Origin: an uncultured Ruminococcus sp.
GTDB lineage: Bacteria > Bacillota > Clostridia > Oscillospirales > Acutalibacteraceae
DNA length: 64,000 nucleotides
Assembly (NCBI GenBank): GCA_964609975.1
Contig: CAZSTR010000002.1
Location: 16,051-80,050, forward strand
Reading direction: 5' to 3'
Numbering within the stretch: the stretch's first letter is position 1; each line of letters starts with the position of its first letter. Below, in pieces: positions 23,830 to 32,278 of the stretch. The position numbers and the translations under genes are program-made. Under the pieces are notes generated by a model. The model was not told the origin of the DNA and did no database searches. It worked only from the letters and a program-made list of their open reading frames with translations.

Positions 23830-26367
23830 TTACGGCTTTGGACGATAGATAGAATAGAGGTCAAAGCCCACCCCGTCGTCCGGGGTCTTGGGTGGCAGGG
23901 GCGTTTTTGTGTCCTCCGGGGGCGGCAGAAGGATGGCTTCCGGCGTCTGTGCTGTCGGGGCGGTCGGCGTCACAACGGCGGCGTGGCGAACACGCCGATT
24001 GGGGCCGGAAACGACGATGAGATATACCGCCAACAGCACCAGTCCGACGGCGGAAATCCGGGCGCCGGTTTGCAGTCCCGGTGTGGCATAATCGAAGCGG
24101 ACGGAAATGTCCGCGCCGGCGGGACAGGCGACGGCCATGAAGCCCACATTCACCTTGTGAATTTCCGCCGGCTGGCCGTTGACGGTGGCGCTCCAGCCGC
24201 TCTCGTAGGGAACGCTGAAGAAGACCCAGTTTTCTGTGCCTTGGGTCAGGGTGGCGGAGAAGCCGACCTTGTCGGTGGAAAAGGCGGTGACGGCGGAATC
24301 CGCCCGGCGGGCGCAGTCGAGGAAATATTCTGTCTCATCGCAGAACATGGTATAGGGGTCGAAATGGGGCAAGGGAACCGCTTCGGCGTCCTCATCCTCC
24401 ACCACCAGCGCCTTGAGCAACAGGAACTGGCGGCGCTCCTCCGACTGCTCCTCATATTCGCTACGGGTGATATAGCCTGTGTAGGTGAAGCCCATGGGGA
24501 TGAAGCATTCGTTTTCATAAATGGAATATCCCTGCTGGCTGTCATAATAGCGCCAGCCAGGCATGGCGGTTTCTTCATCTACGCAAAAGGCGTCCTCCGG
24601 GTCTTTGTTGTATAGCTGGACATCCCCTGCCTCCGGTACATAGTCGAACAGCCAGCGCACCGATAAAAGACTGCGCAGAGCATAGGTGTCGCTGTTCGGG
24701 CGGGAGGCTACACTGCGGGAAACCCCCACCGAGGAATAAAAATCCATCACCGATCCGGGGACGATGCTGTGGAAGGCCTGGATGGTGGGAAGCTGCCAAT
24801 ACATTCCCTGGTTGTCCATTCCCTTGTGCATATCGGTGCGGCAGAAAATATCCTCGTTTTCCAGCGAAAAATTGCCGCCCCGAATCAGCTTTTCGATGAC
24901 ATAGTCGTCCGGATAGTTGCTGATGGTTTTCCCCATCGCCAGATAGGCCCAACCGAAAAGGAGGGACACCGACGCGCAAACGGCGGTGCACCAGCCGATG
25001 AAGCGGCGGGGGCTTTGGCGCCATTGATAAACCAACAGCCCCGTCAGCGCCAGACAGATGGCGGCGATGAGCACATACAGCCAGAACCAGGCGGGGATTT
25101 TCTCCAGCCCCCAATCCAGCCTTCCGGTTTCCTCGTCGGGGGTCCAGCTTTTGGGCAGTAGGCCGATGACCGCGGCGAAGAAGGCGGTCATGCCGCCGGC
25201 CCAGCCGATGGCTCTCCCCCATTCCACCGGCGGCTGCTGCTCCTCGAAGCAGCGCACGGTGGCCAGTGCCAGCATCAGCACCAGCATATAATACCAACGG
25301 GCATAGTAAATCTGGTTGAACAGCTGGAACATGGCGTTGAGGCCGGGGATGACGGCGCAAAGGAACACCACCACCAGCATCCGCCGCAGCCAGTCGGTGT
25401 GGCGGCGGGATTGAAAATAAGCGATGGCGCCGGTGCAGCCGAAAACCGGGAGCCAGGCGGTCATGGAGGCCCATTTGTTGTTGGCGTCCGGAAAAAAGTT
25501 GGCGCGGGCGGGAAGCTCCGGCGGGAACAGAAAGCTGTGAAGAATGTCATACAGCCGCTGGCCGGTGCCGTAAATCAAAAAGCCGAAGCCCTCCAGGTAT
25601 TGGGTGGAGCGGCTGTTTTGAATTACCGAATAAAAGGAAGGGAGAAGTAAAATTCCGGCGCCGGCCACACCGAGAAGGGCTTGAAGCCACAGGCCGAAGA
25701 AGCCGCGCACGCGATGCTCCCATTCGCCGGAGATGGCTCGCACCAGCCAATAGAGAATGACAAAAAAGACCTGCCCGATGAAGAAATAATAGTTGGACAG
25801 GGCGCTGAGCAGCACTGCAACGGCGAAAAGCCCCCGCCGTCGCTCGGTCATTTGCTGTTCAATGCCCAAAAGGAGGAGGGGAAACCAAATCATGGCTTCG
25901 TGGAAATGGTTGAAAAAGATGTTATAAAAGGAAAAGCCGGAAAAGGCATAAAGCAATCCGGCCACCACCGCCAGCCGGGGCTGTAAAAACCGGCGAGTGT
26001 AGGCATAGGCGGCGAGAGAGGCGCAGGCGATTTTCAGCGCCAGCAACGGCGCCATCAGATAGGGCACCGCCGCCGACGGGAAGGGGAGCGTCAGCCAGAA
26101 AAAGGGACTTCCCAGCAGATAAAAGGAATAGGAGCCGACAAAATTCGCCCCCAAATCCGTCAGCCAACTCCAGCCCAGCCGGCCGTCGCGCACCGCGTCG
26201 TGTGCCAGCTGGTAAAAAGGGATTTGCTGGGCGTTGAAATCGCCGTAATAGATGAAATATCCCCGATTATAGATGACAAAGGGGAGAAACAGCAGCAGAG
26301 CCAGCCCCAGCGGGAGAAAAAAGGCCATTGCCGCCCGGCTTTTCGGTTTTGTTAAGCAGTTTTCCAT
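23830..26367 (-). CDS. YfhO family membrane glycosyltransferase (GT-C-like)
   Basis: 845 aa with >10 TM segments. N-terminus ...FIYYGDFNAQQIPFYQLAHDAV is typical of YfhO. ATG at 26367 follows AAGGAGGGCG. Confidence 0.85.
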   Translation of the reverse strand: MENCLTKPKSRAAMAFFLPLGLALLLFLPFVIYNRGYFIYYGDFNAQQIPFYQLAHDAVRDGRLGWSWLTDLGANFVGSYSFYLLGSPFFWLTLPFPSAAVPYLMAPLLALKIACASLAAYAYTRRFLQPRLAVVAGLLYAFSGFSFYNIFFNHFHEAMIWFPLLLLGIEQQMTERRRGLFAVAVLLSALSNYYFFIGQVFFVILYWLVRAISGEWEHRVRGFFGLWLQALLGVAGAGILLLPSFYSVIQNSRSTQYLEGFGFLIYGTGQRLYDILHSFLFPPELPARANFFPDANNKWASMTAWLPVFGCTGAIAYFQSRRHTDWLRRMLVVVFLCAVIPGLNAMFQLFNQIYYARWYYMLVLMLALATVRCFEEQQPPVEWGRAIGWAGGMTAFFAAVIGLLPKSWTPDEETGRLDWGLEKIPAWFWLYVLIAAICLALTGLLVYQWRQSPRRFIGWCTAVCASVSLLFGWAYLAMGKTISNYPDDYVIEKLIRGGNFSLENEDIFCRTDMHKGMDNQGMYWQLPTIQAFHSIVPGSVMDFYSSVGVSRSVASRPNSDTYALRSLLSVRWLFDYVPEAGDVQLYNKDPEDAFCVDEETAMPGWRYYDSQQGYSIYENECFIPMGFTYTGYITRSEYEEQSEERRQFLLLKALVVEDEDAEAVPLPHFDPYTMFCDETEYFLDCARRADSAVTAFSTDKVGFSATLTQGTENWVFFSVPYESGWSATVNGQPAEIHKVNVGFMAVACPAGADISVRFDYATPGLQTGARISAVGLVLLAVYLIVVSGPNRRVRHAAVVTPTAPTAQTPEAILLPPPEDTKTPLPPKTPDDGVGFDLYSIYRPKP

Positions 26368-26532
26368 GAACGCCCTCCTTGTCCGGTTTGTATAGATGCC
26401 TTCAGTATAGCAGAAACCGCAAAAAAAAGAAAGCCCCTCCGCCGAAAAAATCCGGTTTTCGGAATTCACACAAATTTCACATTCCTATGCTACAATATCC
26501 CGGAACGGGATGTTGCGAAGGGATGAAAAACG

Positions 26533-28800
26533 ATGACAAACGAGAAAAGTGCAATTCGACGGCCAGAGCGGCCGCCGCTTTTTTCCTGCCGCTTGCCAGG
26601 CGGCGTGGTGCTGTCCGCGACGCCGCGGCGTCTGGTGGGCGCGGGTGTTTTTTTTCTGTGTGTGCTGTTGCTGGTTTTGTTGCATAAGGATCGGTTTCTT
26701 GGCGCCGAGGTGACGGCCGGGGGGCTGTTGTTCGGTCTGAGTCTGGCTGCCTGCGTGGTGCTGGGGCTGATGACGGCTGTGCGCTGGGAGCTTCCGCGAA
26801 AGGCGGAGGCGGCGGTGAGCGTGGCGGCGGTGGCGTTGCTGCCGGTGGTGGCGATGACTATGGCGGAATGTCTCAACGGGGTGTTCACCTGGGATTGGAC
26901 GCCCCAGACGCTGATGCTCAATTATATTCTGTATTTTGTTTTCTATGGGCTGGTATATGCCCTTTCCGGCAGCTTTCGGCTGGCCTTTTTGGTGGTGGAT
27001 GCGCTGGTATTTGTGCTGGCGCTGACGAACCATTATGTATACGCCTTTCGCGGCACGCCCTTTGTGCCTATGGATTTGTTCAGCGCCGGCACTGCTGCCA
27101 ATGTGGCGGTGACCTATGATTTCTCCTTTGATTATCAGATTGTGATTGCGATTTTGCTGTTGGTCTTTCTGTCGGTGGCGGCCTTTCGACTGCGGGTGCC
27201 CCGCGGAGACGCGGTGCTGCATATTGCTACGCGGGTGTTTTTTGCCGCCCTGACCTTGTGCATCGTGGGGATTTATGTGTTCACGGACCAATATGCCCAG
27301 GCGGGATTGAAGCCGGATTTCTGGAACCAAAGCCGGGGCTATCGTCGCACCGGTGTGGTGATGAATTTCTGTTTGAACACGAAATATATCCGCTATTCGA
27401 AGCCGGCGGGCTATGATCCGGAGAAGATTTCCTCCATTGTGTACGGCGTGCTGGGGGAAAGCGACAACAGCAGTGTGTCCGAGGCGGAAACGGCGCCGAC
27501 GCCGGAGAAGGCCCCGAACATCATTTGCATCATGAACGAGTCTCTATCGGATTTGAGCGTGCTGGGTGAGGTGCACACGAACGAGGACTATATGCCCTTT
27601 CTCCGTTCTCTGACCGAAAACACGGTGCGCGGGAATTTGTATGTGCCGGTTATCGGCTCCGGTACAAGCAACACGGAATTCGAATTTCTCACCGGGGTGC
27701 CCACCGCCTTTTTCCCGGCGGGGAGCAATGCCTATATGCTGTATGTGAAAAATCCGCTGTATTCGCTAGTGTCCACGCTGGGCGCGCAGGGCTATTCGAA
27801 GCTGGCCTTCCATCCCTATTATTCCAGCGGCTGGAACCGTACGAAGGTGTACAGCTGTCTCGACTTTGACCGCTTTTTCTCCATTTCCTCGGTGATTTCC
27901 TCGGACATTCTCTCCGCCTATCAGTCCAGCGGCTTCGACGCATCGACTCTGGAGAAACTGGTGGAGGCGGCCTATCCCGGTCAGGGAGTGCTGCTGCGCC
28001 GCTATGTCAGCGACAGCTATAACTACCAGCGGGTCATAGATATGTATGAGGGACGGGAGAAGAACACGCCCTTTTTCCTGTTCAATGTCACTATGCAAAA
28101 CCACGGAAGCTATACCGAGCGGGCGGAAAATTTCCGCCAGGAAATCTATATCACCGACGAAAACGGACAAAAGGCAACAAAGGTGAACGCCGCCGGAAGC
28201 ATAGTGGAAAAATATCCGCTGGCAAACCAGTATCTATCGCTGGTGAAGGCCTCCGACGACGCCTTCCGGGAGTTGGTGGAATATTTCTCCGCCCAGGAGG
28301 AGCCGACGGTGATTTGTATGTTCGGCGATCACCAGCCCAGTATTGAAACCGCCTATATCCGAGAGCTGCTGGGAGTGGATTCGCTATATTCGCTGACGCT
28401 GGAGCAGGAACAGCAGCGCTATGTGACCCCCTTCTATATTTGGGCGAACTATGACATTGAGGAGCAGACGGTGGAGCGGTTGAGCAGTAACTATCTGGCC
28501 TCCTATGTGCTTCAGGTGGCGGGGGTGCCCATGACCGATTATAACCGCTATTTGCTGAAGCTGGCGGAGACTCTACCGGTGATTGACACCGCCGGATATA
28601 TTGATGCCGCCGGGAACTATTATAAAAACGGTGAGGAGTCGGACTATTCCGCCCTGCTGGATGGCTATAAAAAGGTGATTTATAATCTGGTGTTTGACGA
28701 GGACGCGAAATGTGAGGACATCTTTTCGTCTTATTTCAGCTCTGCCAGAAATTCGATGCCCGGTCCGGGAGTGGCTCTGGCCCGGATGGTTCCCCGGTGA
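26533..28800 (+). CDS. LtaS/GacH-like sulfatase-family phosphotransferase with extended N-terminal membrane domain
   Basis: ~325-aa polytopic N-terminal region, then a sulfatase-type domain starting NIICIMNESLSD, with GSGTSNTEFEFLTG and MFGDHQP blocks. Confidence 0.8.
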   Translation: MTNEKSAIRRPERPPLFSCRLPGGVVLSATPRRLVGAGVFFLCVLLLVLLHKDRFLGAEVTAGGLLFGLSLAACVVLGLMTAVRWELPRKAEAAVSVAAVALLPVVAMTMAECLNGVFTWDWTPQTLMLNYILYFVFYGLVYALSGSFRLAFLVVDALVFVLALTNHYVYAFRGTPFVPMDLFSAGTAANVAVTYDFSFDYQIVIAILLLVFLSVAAFRLRVPRGDAVLHIATRVFFAALTLCIVGIYVFTDQYAQAGLKPDFWNQSRGYRRTGVVMNFCLNTKYIRYSKPAGYDPEKISSIVYGVLGESDNSSVSEAETAPTPEKAPNIICIMNESLSDLSVLGEVHTNEDYMPFLRSLTENTVRGNLYVPVIGSGTSNTEFEFLTGVPTAFFPAGSNAYMLYVKNPLYSLVSTLGAQGYSKLAFHPYYSSGWNRTKVYSCLDFDRFFSISSVISSDILSAYQSSGFDASTLEKLVEAAYPGQGVLLRRYVSDSYNYQRVIDMYEGREKNTPFFLFNVTMQNHGSYTERAENFRQEIYITDENGQKATKVNAAGSIVEKYPLANQYLSLVKASDDAFRELVEYFSAQEEPTVICMFGDHQPSIETAYIRELLGVDSLYSLTLEQEQQRYVTPFYIWANYDIEEQTVERLSSNYLASYVLQVAGVPMTDYNRYLLKLAETLPVIDTAGYIDAAGNYYKNGEESDYSALLDGYKKVIYNLVFDEDAKCEDIFSSYFSSARNSMPGPGVALARMVPR

Positions 28801-29954
28801 GCCTTGACGATGCTGCGCGCCAGGGAGAGTCCGACGCCGAAGCCGCCGGAGGAGCGGGCGGTGTCGGCGCGATAGAATCGGTCGAAAAACCGAGGAATCT
28901 TTTCCGGCTCCAGCCCGGCGCAGGCGTTGGCCGTGCGCAGAAGGACGCCCCTTTTCTCCCGGATCAGCCCAAGAAAAATCGGGGTGTCCGGGTCGGCATA
29001 GCGAATGGCGTTGTCCAGCAGGATGGACACCAGCTGGCACAGGGCATATTCGTCGCCGACATAGGTGATTTGCGGAGCGATGGACAGCTCCAGCGGATGT
29101 CCGGCGCACAGCGCAAAATCCCGAAAGGATTCGGCGGTTTCCTCCACCGCCTTGCTGAGCGGGAAAGGGCGCGAATGTAAGAGGGGGTCTCCTTCGTCCA
29201 GCCGGGACAGGGTGACCAGCTGGTTTACCAGCTCTCCCAGCTTCTCGGTCTGGCCTCGCGCCTTGTCGATCCATTTTTGTGGCCCGGTTTCCATTTCCAG
29301 CACCTTGAGGCTGGTGGCGATGACGGTGATGGGGGTTTTCAGCTCATGGCTGGCGTCGGTGATGAACTGCTTTTGCTGTTCGATGCTTTTCACCACCGGG
29401 TCAATGGCTCGGCGGGAAAAGAGGGAGACCGCAACCAGAACCAACAGCACACACACGCCGATAGCCACCGCCGTCAGCAGCGCGAGGCTGACAAGCCCCC
29501 GCAGGCTGTCGTGACAGTCGAGAAAAATCGCCATATAGCGGTCGCCGCCGGAGCACACCACCAGAAATTTGTAGCCGTCGGCAAAGCCATAGCCTGGGCC
29601 GTGCTTTTTCGCGACGGCGAGATAGTCGCCGACGGTGTCCTCGGTGACGGCGGCGATGCTGGACAGGTCGGCGCGAACCAGTGTGCCGTCCTGCATATAG
29701 CGGAGCACAAAATAGCGGGTGGTATAGGGGGTTTCCGGGGAAAAGGCGCCCTGCCGTCCGCCCTCCGGGTGTCCGGACGGCGGTGCGGAGGGGGCCTTTC
29801 CCTGATTTTGATAAATGGCCTCCAGCATCCGGTTTTGTTCGGCGTTGACGGAAAGAAGGTTGGCGGTGTTGAGAATCAGGCCCAGCAGAACTAGCACCGC
29901 CGACACGGAAATCGCCGCCAGACGGATGAAGCGCAGACGAAGCTTTTTAATCAT
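28731..29954 (-). CDS. sensor histidine kinase
   Basis: Two TM segments, H-box FITDASHELKTPITVI, N-box LLDNAIRYA, and G-boxes DRFYRAD...GGFGVGLSLA. ATG at 29954 overlaps the regulator stop by 8 nt. Confidence 0.9.
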   Translation of the reverse strand: MIKKLRLRFIRLAAISVSAVLVLLGLILNTANLLSVNAEQNRMLEAIYQNQGKAPSAPPSGHPEGGRQGAFSPETPYTTRYFVLRYMQDGTLVRADLSSIAAVTEDTVGDYLAVAKKHGPGYGFADGYKFLVVCSGGDRYMAIFLDCHDSLRGLVSLALLTAVAIGVCVLLVLVAVSLFSRRAIDPVVKSIEQQKQFITDASHELKTPITVIATSLKVLEMETGPQKWIDKARGQTEKLGELVNQLVTLSRLDEGDPLLHSRPFPLSKAVEETAESFRDFALCAGHPLELSIAPQITYVGDEYALCQLVSILLDNAIRYADPDTPIFLGLIREKRGVLLRTANACAGLEPEKIPRFFDRFYRADTARSSGGFGVGLSLARSIVKAHRGTIRARATPGPGIEFLAELK

Positions 29955-30624
29955 GGTGCGCCTCCAGCCGATAGCCCAGTCCCCGGTTGGCCTGGATGGT
30001 GACGGGAGAGCCGATGGCGCGCAGCTTTTTGCGCAAATTGGAGATATGCACCCAAACCACATGAATTTCCGCCTCGCCGTTGAAGCCCCAAACCCGTTCC
30101 AAAATTCGCTCGGCGGACAGCAATACCTGCGGGGAGCGCAAAAACAGCTCCATCACCTGAAATTCCCGGCCGCTGAGCTGTATTTGTCCGTTCTCGCAGG
30201 CCAAAATCCCGGTTCCCGGATCCAGAGACAGCCCATCAAAGGTGAGCACAGTGGGGCGGTATTCGCCGCCACGGCGGAGCATGGCTCGCACCCGGCAAAT
30301 CAGCTCGTCCGGCGCAAAGGGCTTCGGTAGATAATCGTCGGCGCCGGCGTTGAAGCCAAGGATGCGGTCGGCCTTTTGGGAGCGGGCGGTGAGCAGCATG
30401 GCCGGCGTGCGTACCCCCTCCTCCCGCAGACAGCGAAGTACCTCCAGCCCATCCATGCCGGGCATCATCACATCCAGCACCAGCGCATCATATTCCCCCA
30501 CGCGGGCATAGGCATAGGCGGCGCTTCCGTCGTGGACGGTGTCCACCGAAAATTGGTTTTTTTCGAAAAAAACCGTTAGCGCCTCGGCTAAATCCTGCTC
30601 GTCCTCGGCAATCAGCAAGCGCAT
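29947..30624 (-). CDS. OmpR/PhoB-family response regulator
   Basis: Receiver MRLLIAEDEQDLAEAL...LVLDVMMPGMDG...KADRILGFNAGADDYLPKPF, plus a winged-helix output domain. RBS GGGGAGGGAA. Confidence 0.9.
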   Translation of the reverse strand: MRLLIAEDEQDLAEALTVFFEKNQFSVDTVHDGSAAYAYARVGEYDALVLDVMMPGMDGLEVLRCLREEGVRTPAMLLTARSQKADRILGFNAGADDYLPKPFAPDELICRVRAMLRRGGEYRPTVLTFDGLSLDPGTGILACENGQIQLSGREFQVMELFLRSPQVLLSAERILERVWGFNGEAEIHVVWVHISNLRKKLRAIGSPVTIQANRGLGYRLEAHHD

Positions 30625-30689
30625 GGTGTTCCCTCCCCGGTTGTTTTTCCTCAGTATAGCACAAAGGGACGGCGAAGCGCAAGGGGCGT

Positions 30690-31352
30690 TTACAGGGCGT
30701 CCCGTACCAGCTCCCGGCTGCACAGCACATTCAGGTTTCCGTTGCGACAGCGGATTTCATCCAGAAAGGTCTTCGGTATGGTGGGCGTTTTTAGCGTGAT
30801 GCGGTATTGCAGCTCATACAGTGTGCCCATGTTGGCGGTTTTCACCTTTTCCAGTGTATAGTCGCTGGTGTATTGCTCCAGCAAATCGTCCAATAGCTCC
30901 TCATAGTCCAGATTTTCGGGGATGGTGACCCGCAAAATGCGGTCGAGGGGACTTTGGTCGCCGAAGCCGGTGAGGGTAATGGCCAGCATCACCCCGGCGA
31001 CGATCACGAAAAACAGAGCCGCCAGCCCCACATAGCCCATGCCAGTGGCCAGACCAATGGCCATGGCCAGAAAAATCACGCCGATTTCCCGCGCGTTTCC
31101 GGGGACGGAGCGAAAGCGCACAAGGCTGAAGGCTCCGGCCACGGCCACGCCAGCGCCCACATTCCCATTGACTAGCATGATGACGGTTTGCACGATGGCG
31201 GGAAGCACCGTCAGCGCCATGACGAAGCTGCGGGAGTGCTTTTCCCGGAATATTCCCACCAGCGCCGTGCCGAAGCCCAAAAGCAGGGACACGCCAGTGC
31301 ACAGCAGAAAGGTGGGCAGGGTGATGGTGGTTTCAATGATGGACTCAAACAT
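30690..31352 (-). CDS. DUF4956 domain-containing membrane protein
   Basis: 4-5 TM helices followed by a soluble C-terminal domain. Conserved block AFSLVRFRSVPGNAREIGVIFLAMAIGLATG. ATG at 31352 lies 8 nt after AGGAGG and overlaps the VTC gene stop by 8 nt. Confidence 0.75.
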   Translation of the reverse strand: MFESIIETTITLPTFLLCTGVSLLLGFGTALVGIFREKHSRSFVMALTVLPAIVQTVIMLVNGNVGAGVAVAGAFSLVRFRSVPGNAREIGVIFLAMAIGLATGMGYVGLAALFFVIVAGVMLAITLTGFGDQSPLDRILRVTIPENLDYEELLDDLLEQYTSDYTLEKVKTANMGTLYELQYRITLKTPTIPKTFLDEIRCRNGNLNVLCSRELVRDAL

Positions 31353-32118
31353 GAGACAGACCTCCTTCAAAATGTTGCTGGGGCAAAATGAATGTGCGAT
31401 AACAGGTGCCGTATTTCGAAAAGGACGTGGGATATAGCGCCAGCTCCGACAAAATTCGACTCAGCCAAAGGGGACAAACGCCAGGCAGCTTCAGTTCCAT
31501 GAGAATTCGGTCGTCCTCCGGCAAAAGCGGCGCGCCCGCATCCCCCCGGCATAAATCCAGCCCGGTTGTGCGCCAGCGCAAACGGGTGTCGAAGGTGACG
31601 CGCAGCTCCGGCTGTTCTGTCCCGACCAGAGCGATGCGGTCGTAAGCGATGAACGCGCGGGGCGCGGCGGCATACACCTGCTGAAAGCGGGCGATTTCCC
31701 GGCCGATTTGCGCTCCGGCCTGCGGCGGAAGCGCTACATATTCCGAGGCGGCGGATTTTCCGCCGCCCGCCGCGGCGAGGAAGGCGGCGGCCTGGGCGGG
31801 GGTGCCCTGGATGCGCCGCTTGTATACGATGCTGTCGAATTTTTTCTTCAGCTCCAGAAACACCGGCCCCTCCGGGGAGGGCGTGCCATAGCTGCGCACC
31901 CGGAGCTTTTCCTTGTATACAGGCTTTTCGATGGAGGCGCGGATGAGCCGCCAGTCGGGGGTGTCATAATAAATGTTGCAGATGGCGGTTTTTCCGTAGG
32001 TGTCCTCCTGCATATAGGGGGCGAGGCGTTCTCGCAGGGCGCAATATTGGGCGGGGGTGCAAAAATATTTCTTTTCGTACCGTTGAAAGGAAAACTGAAC
32101 GGCTTTGGCTTTGGCCAT
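31345..32118 (-). CDS. VTC-domain (polyphosphate-polymerase-like, CYTH/TTM fold) protein
   Basis: 257 aa. N-terminal FQRYEKKYF strand (ExK-type tunnel motif), plus ICNIYYDTPDWRLIR and KLRVRSYG blocks typical of bacterial VTC-domain proteins. RBS GGAGGGGA. Confidence 0.75.
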   Translation of the reverse strand: MAKAKAVQFSFQRYEKKYFCTPAQYCALRERLAPYMQEDTYGKTAICNIYYDTPDWRLIRASIEKPVYKEKLRVRSYGTPSPEGPVFLELKKKFDSIVYKRRIQGTPAQAAAFLAAAGGGKSAASEYVALPPQAGAQIGREIARFQQVYAAAPRAFIAYDRIALVGTEQPELRVTFDTRLRWRTTGLDLCRGDAGAPLLPEDDRILMELKLPGVCPLWLSRILSELALYPTSFSKYGTCYRTFILPQQHFEGGLSHV

Positions 32119-32278
32119 GAAATCCCCTCCTGTTTTTCTGTATTATCGCGCCGCCACCTAAATTCTGCCTAAAGAAGCGAAAAAAGCCCGGCTACGGCCG
32201 GAAAACGACGCTTGCTTTAGGCAGATTTTAGCTTTGTTGGGCAAAATAAAGAATAATAGATGAAGGAGGGCATGACCT

